Shown here in pieces: positions 25,762 through 35,920 of a stretch of DNA of 64,000 nucleotides. The translations under genes were made by a program, and so were the position numbers. Under the pieces are notes generated by a model. That model was not told the DNA's origin. It was given only the letters and a program-made list of their open reading frames with translations, and did no database searches. Positions within the stretch are counted from its first letter, which is position 1. Each line of letters opens with the position of its first letter. The DNA comes from Anthoceros angustus (Eukaryota; Plantae; Anthocerotophyta): positions 2,073,595 to 2,137,594 of the forward strand of contig MU008164.1 of NCBI GenBank assembly GCA_010909165.1, written 5' to 3'.

Positions 25762-26599
25762 TATCTACCCTTCAGACCTAAGGAATCAACAGATCGCAGA
25801 ACTACCTGGCTCAACGCGTTGCCGCACCACTTGTTCAAATTGCTTGTCCAAAGTCTGGCACTGCGATCCGCTGCAAGACAATTATGAATAAGCATCATAA
25901 AGCTCATCAGCCAGGCAGAACGTAAGCGCAGACGGTACAACACGAGTTCTTACTTGCGGAGTATTCGTCAGCAGGGCCCGGCAACGCGGATGGAAGCCTA
26001 CACCTATCACCCGGACGACTGGAATGACGCGGTCTCCTCCGTATCAGCCCGGACACAGCCCCTTGCCCACCACATTTTGACATTCTGTGCTTATTTTGGG
26101 ACACAGAGCTACTATCGACTATTGCAGCCAGGTCAGCGGCCGGCTCTTTTTCCCCAACCCAGCACTCTGGCTATCACAAAATTCTGGGAGGCGATGGCTA
26201 TGGATGCTGCTCCAGTAGTGCCACGTTTATTGCATCCGGCCAGCTTCCGTGAATTCCACAGCCTCTTGGGATGCCAGGCAAGCAATTTGCATCCTCCTTC
26301 AGGTGGATCATCCTGCAAGACAGTCCAGGCATCGTGGCATCGAAACATCTCGAAGCTGAGCGGCCGCAAGTCGAAGCGATCCCGAGTACTGGTGGCCGGT
26401 TTGTCATTGCAACCATGTTTCACAGCTCAACTCAGTCTGATTGCATGTAACAACTGAAGACTTCCACGGGTTGGAGTGTCACGTCGGCAGGTGATCTCCA
26501 TTTGGCCGACTGCTACGGCAAAAGCGAAAAAAGGGGATAATTTTCAAATTGTGAATTACACAGCACGGTGGATTGAACGCAACCATGGCTACAAGCTTG

Positions 26600-27271
26600 T
26601 CATGAAGCTGGTGCTAGTCTCTTGGACAGGACATAGCAATCAGGTGGTTCAATTCGTTTGTAATAGTCACGGATGGTCTGAGTGATTTGAAAGCCAAACT
26701 TCTCATAAAACTGAATGGCTTCAGTATTGTTGGTCTGCACATGCAGGTATGCTTCCACGATATTGGAGTCCTGCTCACAAAGGTCCAAGCTGTTCTTCAA
26801 GAGCTTCGAACCTGCAACGAACAGGACATACTCAAGGCAGCTCCCAGGAATCCAGAGCATCAACTTCCAGAAATTCAGCACCGCACACAGAATCCTCACC
26901 AATGCCCAGCCTTCGGTATGGAGCAAGAACTCCTAACGTCATGATGTACAAACAGACCCCGGCCTCCTTCTTCTCAAGCCGGCAAGCAATGGAGCCCACA
27001 CACACATCTCCGTAGTAAGCTGAAACGACACCAGAATTGCAAACTTAGCAACCATCTCCCAATGACAGCAGATCTCGACAAAGCATCCCTGGATTTTAAG
27101 CTTCCCCCAGAAGGTACCTAGCTTGGTGAAGTCCCCAGACGACAGAGCGTCAGTGTAAAATTGGTCATGGTACTTCACTGGAAAGATGGCCGTGTTCAGC
27201 TTCCTCAGCTGCATCACATTCTTGTCCCGAACATTGTCGAAAGTGAGTGCCACCTCGTGCGGGCGCCCCAT
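26600..27271 (-). CDS. NAA50: N-alpha-acetyltransferase 50 (GNAT), 3 exons
   Basis: DNVRDKNVMQLRKLNTAIFPVKY...FTKL|AYYGDVCVGSIACRLEKKE...YIMTLGVLAPYRRLGI|GSKLL...YLHVQTNN..AIQFYEKFGF...YYKRIEPPDCYVLSK. Confidence 0.95.
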
Positions 27272-27999
27272 CTCCCTCCGCACCCACAGCTCACCACATC
27301 TGCATCCCAGAGAGGAAGGTGACCACTAAACAGCTCCAACTCTCCAGGCATTCCACCACCAAACCGCCTGCCTACAGCCAGCACCAGGCAATATAGAAGA
27401 AAATAGGCTGGATGGAAAAGCTACCAGCACACTGTTAGGACGGATTCGCCAGGAGATCGGTGTCCAACTGGTTGCGGTAACGCATGGCCATGGCTAGGGT
27501 TTCTTACTACGTGGTCCATGGAGTGAGAACCCTAGCACTTGCCCTTGCTTTGTGTTATACGTTACACACACTGCACATGGGGGTGCAAAGCTCCCAAGCT
27601 GCGGCCCTGCCATTTCCGCTTTGGGCAGTATTATCCGCTTTTTTAAGGAACTTAATCTAGAGCTGAAAGATACTTCTTTGAGAGGCTGGGGTCTACACGT
27701 AACAGGATAGGAAGAATTAGCTTCGACCCCCATGTTCATCCCCATCCTCGCAGGCCACAAAGGCTTCGAAGGAAGCCCATGGTTTTGAACTAGGGAGGCT
27801 GGGGTCTACAGCCCAAGGCGAGTTCGGCGTGCGAGTAGCACCCACCCACCTCCTTTTCTCAAGGTGGTCATGACCTAGACTACTTAAACGTTCCCATGCG
27901 AGCAAGGTGCTGTGTCCTAAAAACTGGTCGATAAATGGCGTTTAAAAAGGGAGGGTATGGTCCCTCCTAACTTGGCCCGAGCTGCAAAGCTGCGAGTCC

Positions 28000-28008
28000 A
28001 AACCCTAA
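28000..28008 (+). promoter_or_regulatory. Telo-box AAACCCTAA upstream of the DUF3223 gene, in the divergent NAA50/DUF3223 intergenic region
   Basis: Exact motif ~40 bp before the ATG. Telo-boxes are typical of plant ribosome-biogenesis and translation genes. Confidence 0.55.
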
Positions 28009-28044
28009 GGCTTGTCCAGCTTCGTGGATTTGTGCCGGATAATC

Positions 28045-28957
28045 ATGGCGGAGGAACGAGAGATGGCGGCTGTAGAGGACGAGGTTATGGTCACAGATGC
28101 AGAAAATGCGAAGAGGAAGAGGGAAGATGAGAGCGGTGTTGCTGAGGAGGAGGGGGGCGATGTGCTGGTCCCCGAGGAAGAGGCCTCTGCTGCTTCCAAG
28201 AAGGTGAAGACTGATGTTGAAGGTGGAAGCATGGAAGCTGGGGCTGCAGACAAAGGGAAGGAAGAGGAAGGGGAAGGTGCGGGCGAAGATGGTGGTACTA
28301 AAACGGTGGCCCTGGGACCGAAGGTGTTCCGGGATCCCGTGGATCTCTTTTCCTATTTCTACAAGTTTATTCATACGTGGCCGGAGAATATCGACGTGAA
28401 CAAGGTGAGGCTGCTTTGCAGGGTCTGCCAGCTGCTGGGGGAAGCTGTCTGTGTGGTGTTCCGGTTCTGAGGGTCGTGTGCTTTTTGCAGTATGAGGCGA
28501 TGGTGATGACGGATCTGCTGCTGAAAGGGCATGCGGATCCTCCAAGCAAAATCGGAGCTGGTGTTGAGACTTTTCAAGTGAGAACACATCCTGATTGGCA
28601 CTCGTTATGCTACTACGTTGTCAGAACGGATGGCTCCGTGGAAGACTTCAGCTATAGAAAGTGCTGTGACCAGATTATGCCGTTGCCTGCAAAGTATGTG
28701 GGGGCTGATGGCAAGATACACATCGACTTGTTGAAGCTTACCGGGGTAGAGAAGCAGCCGAAGAAGCGTCTGGAGCAGCATGGAGGTGGAGGGCGTGGGA
28801 GAGGGGTGGTGGCAGGGGAGGTGGGTTTAACAGGGGTGGGGAGGTGGGTTCAACAGGGGTGGAGGGGTGGGTTCACCAGGGGTGGGGTGGTGGTAGAGGC
28901 GGCCAAAGATTTGGAAGCGGAGGCCGTGGACGCAGAGGTGGCCGTGGTCGGTCGTGA
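28045..28957 (+). CDS. DUF3223/DCL-domain protein (DOMINO1/EMB514-like) with acidic N-terminus and RGG tail, 2 exons
   Basis: LGPKVF...YFYKFIHTWPENIDVNK|YEAMVMTDLLLKGH...KIGAGVETFQVRTHPDWHSLCYYVVRTDGSVEDFSYRKC. The G-rich tail reads GFNRGG...GGRGRRGGRGRS* if homopolymer frameshifts are corrected. Confidence 0.9.
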
Positions 28958-29270
28958 GCAGGGGGAGCTCGATAATGGTGGATCTTTTCAATCTTGACCT
29001 TAGGATCACCAGCATTTGCAATTTTGCAAAGCAGATGTCGGTGGAGGCTTCAGGCGAGAGGACAAAGGGGAGGTTGTCTTTGTGTAGACAGGCAGTCCAT
29101 GTCCTTGTTGTATCCCTGAGATGGATCAACGGGTTCTTAGCCTTTCTTTTAGACGATGACGGGCGCTGTGATGTCATTGAGATTCCCACAGGTTCGTATA
29201 ACGTTGTGCCAATGTTCTCTGCAAATTGCAGGAAGTAGTGGTCAGACGAAGGCATTGAATCCAAGTTTTG

Positions 29271-32200
29271 ACACTAAGTTGAAATTTCATATATCTAAGA
29301 CTCTAGCATTCTGTGCTAAGTTTGTGTCTACTTTCCGAGCTTGGTCTGTCGTAGGTCCTTGTAGTGCTTGAGGAGACGTCTGGGTGCTGGCTGATTTCTG
29401 CGCTTTCAGGAAAGCAGCCACCTCTTCTACAACGCGAACTCTTTCCTCCAGACCTGACAAGGCTGGCTGTGGCTGAGTCGGCTGGTCTTCATGCTCCAAA
29501 CGGGCTTTGGCTTCCAGTTCTTCCAGAGCGACAAGCAGAGAGTATGAGATCCAGGCATCGCTGGCCGCGTATCTGATTTGGGCGAAGCTCAAGCCCTCCA
29601 CAGCCCAATTGCTGCATGATACTGTCTTACTTTTCTTGTAAGGCAGCTCAAGAATGTGGTGGGAGAGTTTGGAGAGTCCCGCCTGACGCATTTCCCTCTG
29701 GTTGAGCAGTTCTGCAGCATACAGGGCCAGGTCTACCTCTCCGCAGCACCTCAACCCGTAGTCTTCAAGCAGCTTCTCAGTATCGCCCTTCACTCCCACC
29801 CCCCCAAGCTTCACCTGTGGGTCAGCCAGCAGCTCCTCAAGTGCAGAAGGAATCCGGTCTATGTAGAGGAGCTGCACCAGAAGACACCTGGAAGCCAGTG
29901 AAAGCTGCAGCAGGGCCACCTTGTTCTCTTCTCCTTTGAATCTGTTAGGGCGCCATTCTACATCCAAGCCGAACAGTTTGTCCTCAGCTGTGCATTTGCC
30001 CAGCCAGTCCTCCACTGCTGCCGCTGTATAGGCCACCCTGACCTGCAAGATCTGCCCGCCAACCTTCACCTCTCTCTCCAAGTACCCTGCATCCACATAC
30101 TCCTGTCCCCAACTCTTATCCTCCAGACACGCGGAGGGAGAGCTCGGGGGGAAGTCAAAGAACCCATCTCCAGACTTAGCCTCCTTCCAACCAGCTGCGT
30201 CAGCCTCCCCCCATCCATCCTCCTGCATCCTCTCCTCAGGTGCTTGCACCTCCCACCCCTTTTCTTCTGCCTTCACCTCCCATGCATCATTCTTCTCTTC
30301 CTGTTTCCCCACCTCAGATGCTTTCCCACCCCTTAGTTCCTCGAACTCCCATGCATTATTCGGGTGTCTGTGCTCAGGTGCTTGCGCCTCCAACCCGGTT
30401 CCGCACTGCCCCTTGAACTCCCATGCATCCTTCCAAACTTCCCCAACTCTGCCTTCCTCCCACTCACTGCTGCTTCTCCCCCCACCCTGAACATGGAACT
30501 CCTGAGCCTCCTCCGTGTAGCCCATTACCTCCCCTTCCCCTTCCTCCTCCTCCTCCTCCTCCTCTTCTGAGAAGCCACCGCAGATGCCTAGATTGCTCGA
30601 CTCCTTCAAGCTCTCTGCTCCAGCCGACTGTGCCCGTGCTGCAGCATGCTCTCCCAGGGAAGTAGAAGCCATTTGCGCTGCTAAGACATCCTGCTCCTGC
30701 TGCAGGACTTCCATGGCACCGCCTCCAGTCCCACTCGTGTGGTAGGTATACCTAGAGCTCCCTCCTAGGGCAGGGCCTCACAGCAACTTTCCTTCTTGAG
30801 ACTCAGGCTGTGCCTACTCCTGTGTGAACATGCTTCTTCCTCTACAGGACCATGGCGTCTGTGCAGCTCGGACATCATTTATATTCGTGTTGCCAGTGGC
30901 TCTACATACTGTTGCAACTGCGCAGGCTACAACCGACAGGTCCGGAAGCCGGAAGCTTGAAGCCCAAGGGGAAGAGGGGTCAGGCAACAGTGACGTCACC
31001 CACCCTGTCAGAGGGGTGTTCAGTCAGCCTCATAAGGCTAGTACATACTTGAAATGAAATTTTGCATGCAAACCGTCGGGAATCATCGTGCGAGCAGCGA
31101 GCTGCTGCCCATCCGTGTCTTGTACAATCGACGCATTATGCGAAACATTAATGAGGTCTCTCTTCAGGCCCGACGTCCAGTGCACATCACCATAATGTGC
31201 ACCCTAGGTACGCAGTAGCTAGCTGACCTGGAGAGGAAATGTCGATGCAGACTACACTGTACATCAGTGAAGCGCAGGCACGCCCTTGGAAGCTCCCAAG
31301 ATCGAAGGTACAGAGCGCTGGACTGGTCACTCCTGGTGGTGTGCACAATTTCCATCAGGTTAAAGGGAGACGTGTTGCGGATGCCTGGAAGTAAGACTGC
31401 GCCTGGATAGGCAAAACCAGCGTTAGCAAGCAAGCCTCGTCCATGGTCAGAAGTTGCTGCAGAGATGAGCTCATCTTTGCAGCAGAGACACGCAACCATA
31501 TGGTAGTTGATTGTCTTCGCTGTGTGTATAATCATGAGACCTAAGCAGAGGCATATCTGCGAAAGAATGTAGGGGTCGCAGGAAAGAGTGTTTTGCGTCC
31601 TAGAGTGTGATGCTAGCTAGGTATAACCACCAAGATGTCTCCTTGGTCTAATACGCATGCCAGATCTAGAAGACCGATGAAGCTCCACCTGCTCATCATA
31701 TGATGAGCGCTGGAACTCATCGGTCCTGAGGCAGGACTTAGCATTCCCCGCCTCGTTGCACTGCCTGACATCATTGGCCCAAACGGGCATTTGCTCCTCC
31801 AGGTTCATCAAATTCTCAGCCAACTGGAGGATTTGGCTTGATTCCCTTCTCAAGGTTGATCCGGAACGAAGCAGGGACCACGGAGGAAGTGGGTTCGGAT
31901 ACAGGCCCGTAACCAGCTCAGTCTTTGAACTTCAACCAAAAAAACCCAGGCTCCACAAACTTCGATCAATCTTCATACTCCAGTGGCCTCTCGAAACCGA
32001 AACAGGCTGGAGCCTCTTCGAGGCTCAAGGTTGTTGAGGTTGCAGCCCGGCAGGCAGGGCGCCGAGATACCTGCTGCTGCAAACTTACACAAACACGTGA
32101 GTGAAGAATTATGCCCAGAATGAGCTCACACAAAGTTCTTCCACCCGTGATAGCATCACTCCGACAGGCAAGACATTTTTGCGCGACACCAAACACATGG

Positions 32201-33050
32201 GTCACGAGCTGTAGCTCGGGCTGCACGATTCTTACCGAATTCGGGTTCAGTATCGCATTCACGCCGGTCGGCTCTCAGAAAAGGCTGAAACAAAACAGCC
32301 GTGAGAAAGCGATCGCGGAGCTGTCAGCGAGATGGCCAATACACGGAAGGAGAGAGAGGTGGAGGCTTACCTCCCTGGTAACCACCATGGCGGAGAAGTG
32401 GGTGACGATGCTGAGCATCTCCCTCAGCGGAATGGACCCGAACTGGTGGAGGAACTCGGCAACGGTCGTCAAAATCTAGACGTCGTCGATCGGGGTCGGG
32501 AAGCCACGAGCTCGAAGCACGCAGGGTTTGGTCCCTGAAATCATCTTCCTCCTCCTCCACCGCGTGCCCGCCTCCTCTCCCGCCTCCTCCGACATTTTCC
32601 CGTCCGCCATGGCAACAGGAAGTCTCCCGAAAAGGAAGGCAGCGCGATGGTTGCCCTCGGCGGGGCTGGAGCGCCGCCGGGGAGGGTAGGACCCGGACTC
32701 AAACTTCTGGTGAAGGTCTGGTCCGAACCGGGTGCGTGGCGCCCAAGCCACCTGCTTTTGTTTGTCCAGCGCTGAGTGAGCTGGCACTCAAACCATTGGC
32801 GGGCAAGAGCACCCCAGTTTGAGGGAACCTGGCAGGTGGGCGGTTCTGTTACGTCTCTCTCTTGCCCGACTGAGTGAGCCGGTACGAGGTCCTGTCCGTT
32901 GATGGCATCCTCAATCCAGGGCCAGGATTGGATAGCATGGGTATCGAGGAGCTGCTTTGCCTCATGACTGCCCCGCCAGGCGGCCAGGTTCGCGCCCCAC
33001 CCATCATACACCCCGGTGTGGGAAATGAAACAAACAACGCAGGCTGATGA
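29271..33050. repeat. Segmental duplication, copy 1 (partner 35921-39072)
   Basis: Colinear similarity from acactaagttgaaatttca to gtgtgggaaatgaaa...gcaggc, covering the exonuclease gene and ~2 kb upstream. Copy 1 has ~400 bp extra at ~31447-31847. Confidence 0.92.
29287..30714 (-). CDS. WRN/WEX-like DEDDy 3'-5' exonuclease, copy A (475 aa, intronless), acidic Trp-rich N-terminus
   Basis: ExoI GLDVEWRP, KVALLQL, ExoII GVGVKGDTEKL, SNW, ExoIII QIRYAASDAW. Confidence 0.93.
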   Translation of the reverse strand: MEVLQQEQDVLAAQMASTSLGEHAAARAQSAGAESLKESSNLGICGGFSEEEEEEEEEGEGEVMGYTEEAQEFHVQGGGRSSSEWEEGRVGEVWKDAWEFKGQCGTGLEAQAPEHRHPNNAWEFEELRGGKASEVGKQEEKNDAWEVKAEEKGWEVQAPEERMQEDGWGEADAAGWKEAKSGDGFFDFPPSSPSACLEDKSWGQEYVDAGYLEREVKVGGQILQVRVAYTAAAVEDWLGKCTAEDKLFGLDVEWRPNRFKGEENKVALLQLSLASRCLLVQLLYIDRIPSALEELLADPQVKLGGVGVKGDTEKLLEDYGLRCCGEVDLALYAAELLNQREMRQAGLSKLSHHILELPYKKSKTVSCSNWAVEGLSFAQIRYAASDAWISYSLLVALEELEAKARLEHEDQPTQPQPALSGLEERVRVVEEVAAFLKAQKSASTQTSPQALQGPTTDQARKVDTNLAQNARVLDI

Positions 33051-34770
33051 GATTGAGAGGGACGCGCACCTTCTCATCCTATCTCAAGTGGGATAATCTT
33101 GTTTTGTTACAAATATTGGATAAGATATGTAGGTTATCTTTATCATCTATGAAAACATTACAAGGTGAATGGATTAAAAAATCCTAGTCATTCTTTTAAT
33201 CCTAAAAAATCTTAAGCTAGAGATGGTAGGTATGTCATAAAGACCATTGAGTGTGGAGGGTTGGAAAATACCAATAGTGGGTGTTTTCATAATTCTACGA
33301 AAAGTTAACAAAGGAGGGTTAGAAAATACGGGTTGTCTTCACACAATCATATGTAGACAAATATGTTGAGCGAGTTAAAGAATACATTTCATTCTCACAA
33401 TCATGTGAAGAGATGAAAGGGTCAGGATGAAGACGGTTGAAGTCGGAAATGAAGATAGTCAGGGTTGAAAATGCACATGGTAGGGTTAGAGAATATTGGT
33501 TATCTTCACAATCATGTGAAGACCCTTATTGTGAACTATGTACCGGGCATCTTCCATTCTCGGTGGGAGGGCCAGGAACTATGTTCTGCCATATGAGGGC
33601 AACGCACTATGTACCGGCCATTTTCCATTCTCAAAAAGTTCGTTTGGTTTGGAGAATATGAGTCAACAAGTTATGAATAGCATGGCAAATGCTAGAGGTT
33701 TAGAAAGTAATTACTCTTTTTACGATATAGTGAAACTGAAAAGTTCAATAAAAAATAAAGTCTTATAAAATTATAAAATCTCAAAATCTTATAAAATTAT
33801 CATACCTTCAAATGTAAGTCATGTTTTGAAACTTAACAGTCACATTTTTTGGAACTTATATAGTTATATGAGTAGAAAATATGATATATGGTATGCATAT
33901 TGACATATCCACAACTAAAGTTTCTTATTTAAGAGCATTGGGAACCTAGCTATTATTAGTTTTTTATTACTTAAAATGATAACCAATGCTAGTTGTATAC
34001 AAATGTTGATATTAGGATTCGAATAAATGGGAGCACAACCTTAATATGTTGCCTTAGACCAACTAGGTCTTGTCAATATAACTCATCTTGCGAAAGAATA
34101 TAGGGGTTGCGGGAAAGAGTGTTTTGCGTCGTAGAGTGTGATGCTAGCCCTATAGGTATAACCACCAAGATCTTTCCTTGGTCTAGTACGCATGCCCGAT
34201 CTAGAAGACTGATGAAGCTCCACTTGCTCATCAATCTTACACCAACTAGGCTATGTCTACTTAACTCAACCTTAATCTAGTGCCTTAGACCAATTAGGTG
34301 AACACAAAGGCGTCGCTTATCTCAATTTACTTAAAGAATGAAACCAAATTGTATATAAAAAGCAAAGAACTAAACCTTCCAAACTACCAAGGGACTTTCA
34401 ATGAACTTATGTATATCAAAGTAGACATGTATGAACACTAAGAGCTTTGTGGTAGGCCATAGGCCAGCTCAATTTGAAGGAAGCCGCCTGGTTCTTTTGA
34501 GCCTCAACAAAACCTAAAAGCTCACGGAGGCAGCGCTCGTCAATCAACCTTCATTTTTCATGCCTTGTCAATTTAAGTTCGTATGCCTATCAAAATTTGC
34601 GTGATAGATGAACAAGACCGAGGCACTAATCTTTCAACTCACAACTTCCACATCATATTTCACTTACTTCGGATCATGGCACACTACAATCAGTGTTTTT
34701 GCTCCAGTTTTGATAGCAATCTAACCTGCACTACCGTGCCATCTTACATGTCCGATATTTGCACCTGATC

Positions 34771-35655
34771 AAGAAGATATATGTTGGTCATGAAGGTGCT
34801 AGCAGCATCACGGGAGAAATGAACAAGATATATGTTGGTCATGAAGGTGCTAGCAAAGTCACGGGAGAAATGAACAAGATATATGTTGGTCATGAAGGTG
34901 CTAGCAGCATCATGGGAGAAATGAACAACTACTGGGCCAGTACTCCTGATAATGATTTCCACATCCACATACATGAGATTTAACAAAAGATCAGCAGAAT
35001 GCCACATTTAAATTTAGGTTAGGTTACCAGGTGAGCCTCCTGATAATGAGCTCCACATCCACATATATGAGAACAAGAGATCAACAGAATACCACATTCA
35101 AATTTAGGTTAGGTTACCAGGTGAACCGCCAAGGCCATGCGACCCTTCAATCCATCACCGAGGCACCGCCAAAGCCATGCGACCCTTCAATCCATCACTG
35201 AGGCACCGCCAAAGCCATACGACACTTCAATCCATCACTGAGGCACCGCCAAAGCCATGCGACCCTTCAATCCATCACCGAGGCACCGCCAAAGCCATGC
35301 GACCCTTCAATCCATCACTGAGGCACCGCCAAAGCCATGCGACCCTTCAATCTATCACTGAGGGATGGGGGATTAGTATTGAATGAAATTCGGGGATTAG
35401 TATTCAATGAAATGCCTACCATTGCTTTCAAGCCATCGCTAGAAAGCACATATTGACAACTTCAAGTAGGTGGACCAATGTGGAGAGGATTGCAAGATAA
35501 ATTCCTATGCAAATGCAAGTAGGTGGACCAATGTGGAGAGGATTGCAAGACGAATTTCTATGCAAATGCAAGTAGGTGGACCTATGTGAAGAGGATTGCA
35601 AGACGAATTCCTATGCAAATGCAAGTAGGTGGACCTATGTGGAGAGGATTGAAAG
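34771..35655. repeat. Cluster of unrelated minisatellites: 51 bp x3 (34771-34928), ~92 bp x2 (34945-35123), 40 bp x6 (35125-35362), 53 bp x~4 (35463-35652)
   Basis: Units read directly, e.g. caccgccaaagccatgcgacccttcaatccatcactgagg (40 bp) and caagtaggtggaccaatgtggagaggattgcaagacgaattcctatgcaaatg (53 bp). Confidence 0.92.
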
Positions 35656-35920
35656 CCAGGGAATGGTAGCAAAAGCTAATTAAACAAGAACCCTCTAGTG
35701 GTGGGTATTGAGGTGAAGAAGAAGGTACATACATTTGTGATGGGAGAAAATTGAAGTAAGCAATATTTTTACAAATTTTAGTAAATAATATTTTTATTTT
35801 TTAATATTTTATTGTAACAGAAAACGTTCTCAATCAAACAAAGGGGATAAGCCCAAAAACACCAAGACTTTGGAGCTCCCCCAGGACATAACGGGGAGAT
35901 ATTTTAGACTACGTCCTTCG

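Noticed and set aside
25907-26457. Upstream exons or transit peptide of the PPR gene, or a separate gene
   Set aside because: Could not be joined in frame with confidence.
28800-28997. Val/Glu-rich C-terminus of the DUF3223 ORF as given in the ORF track
   Set aside because: More likely a frameshifted RGG tail caused by G-homopolymer errors.
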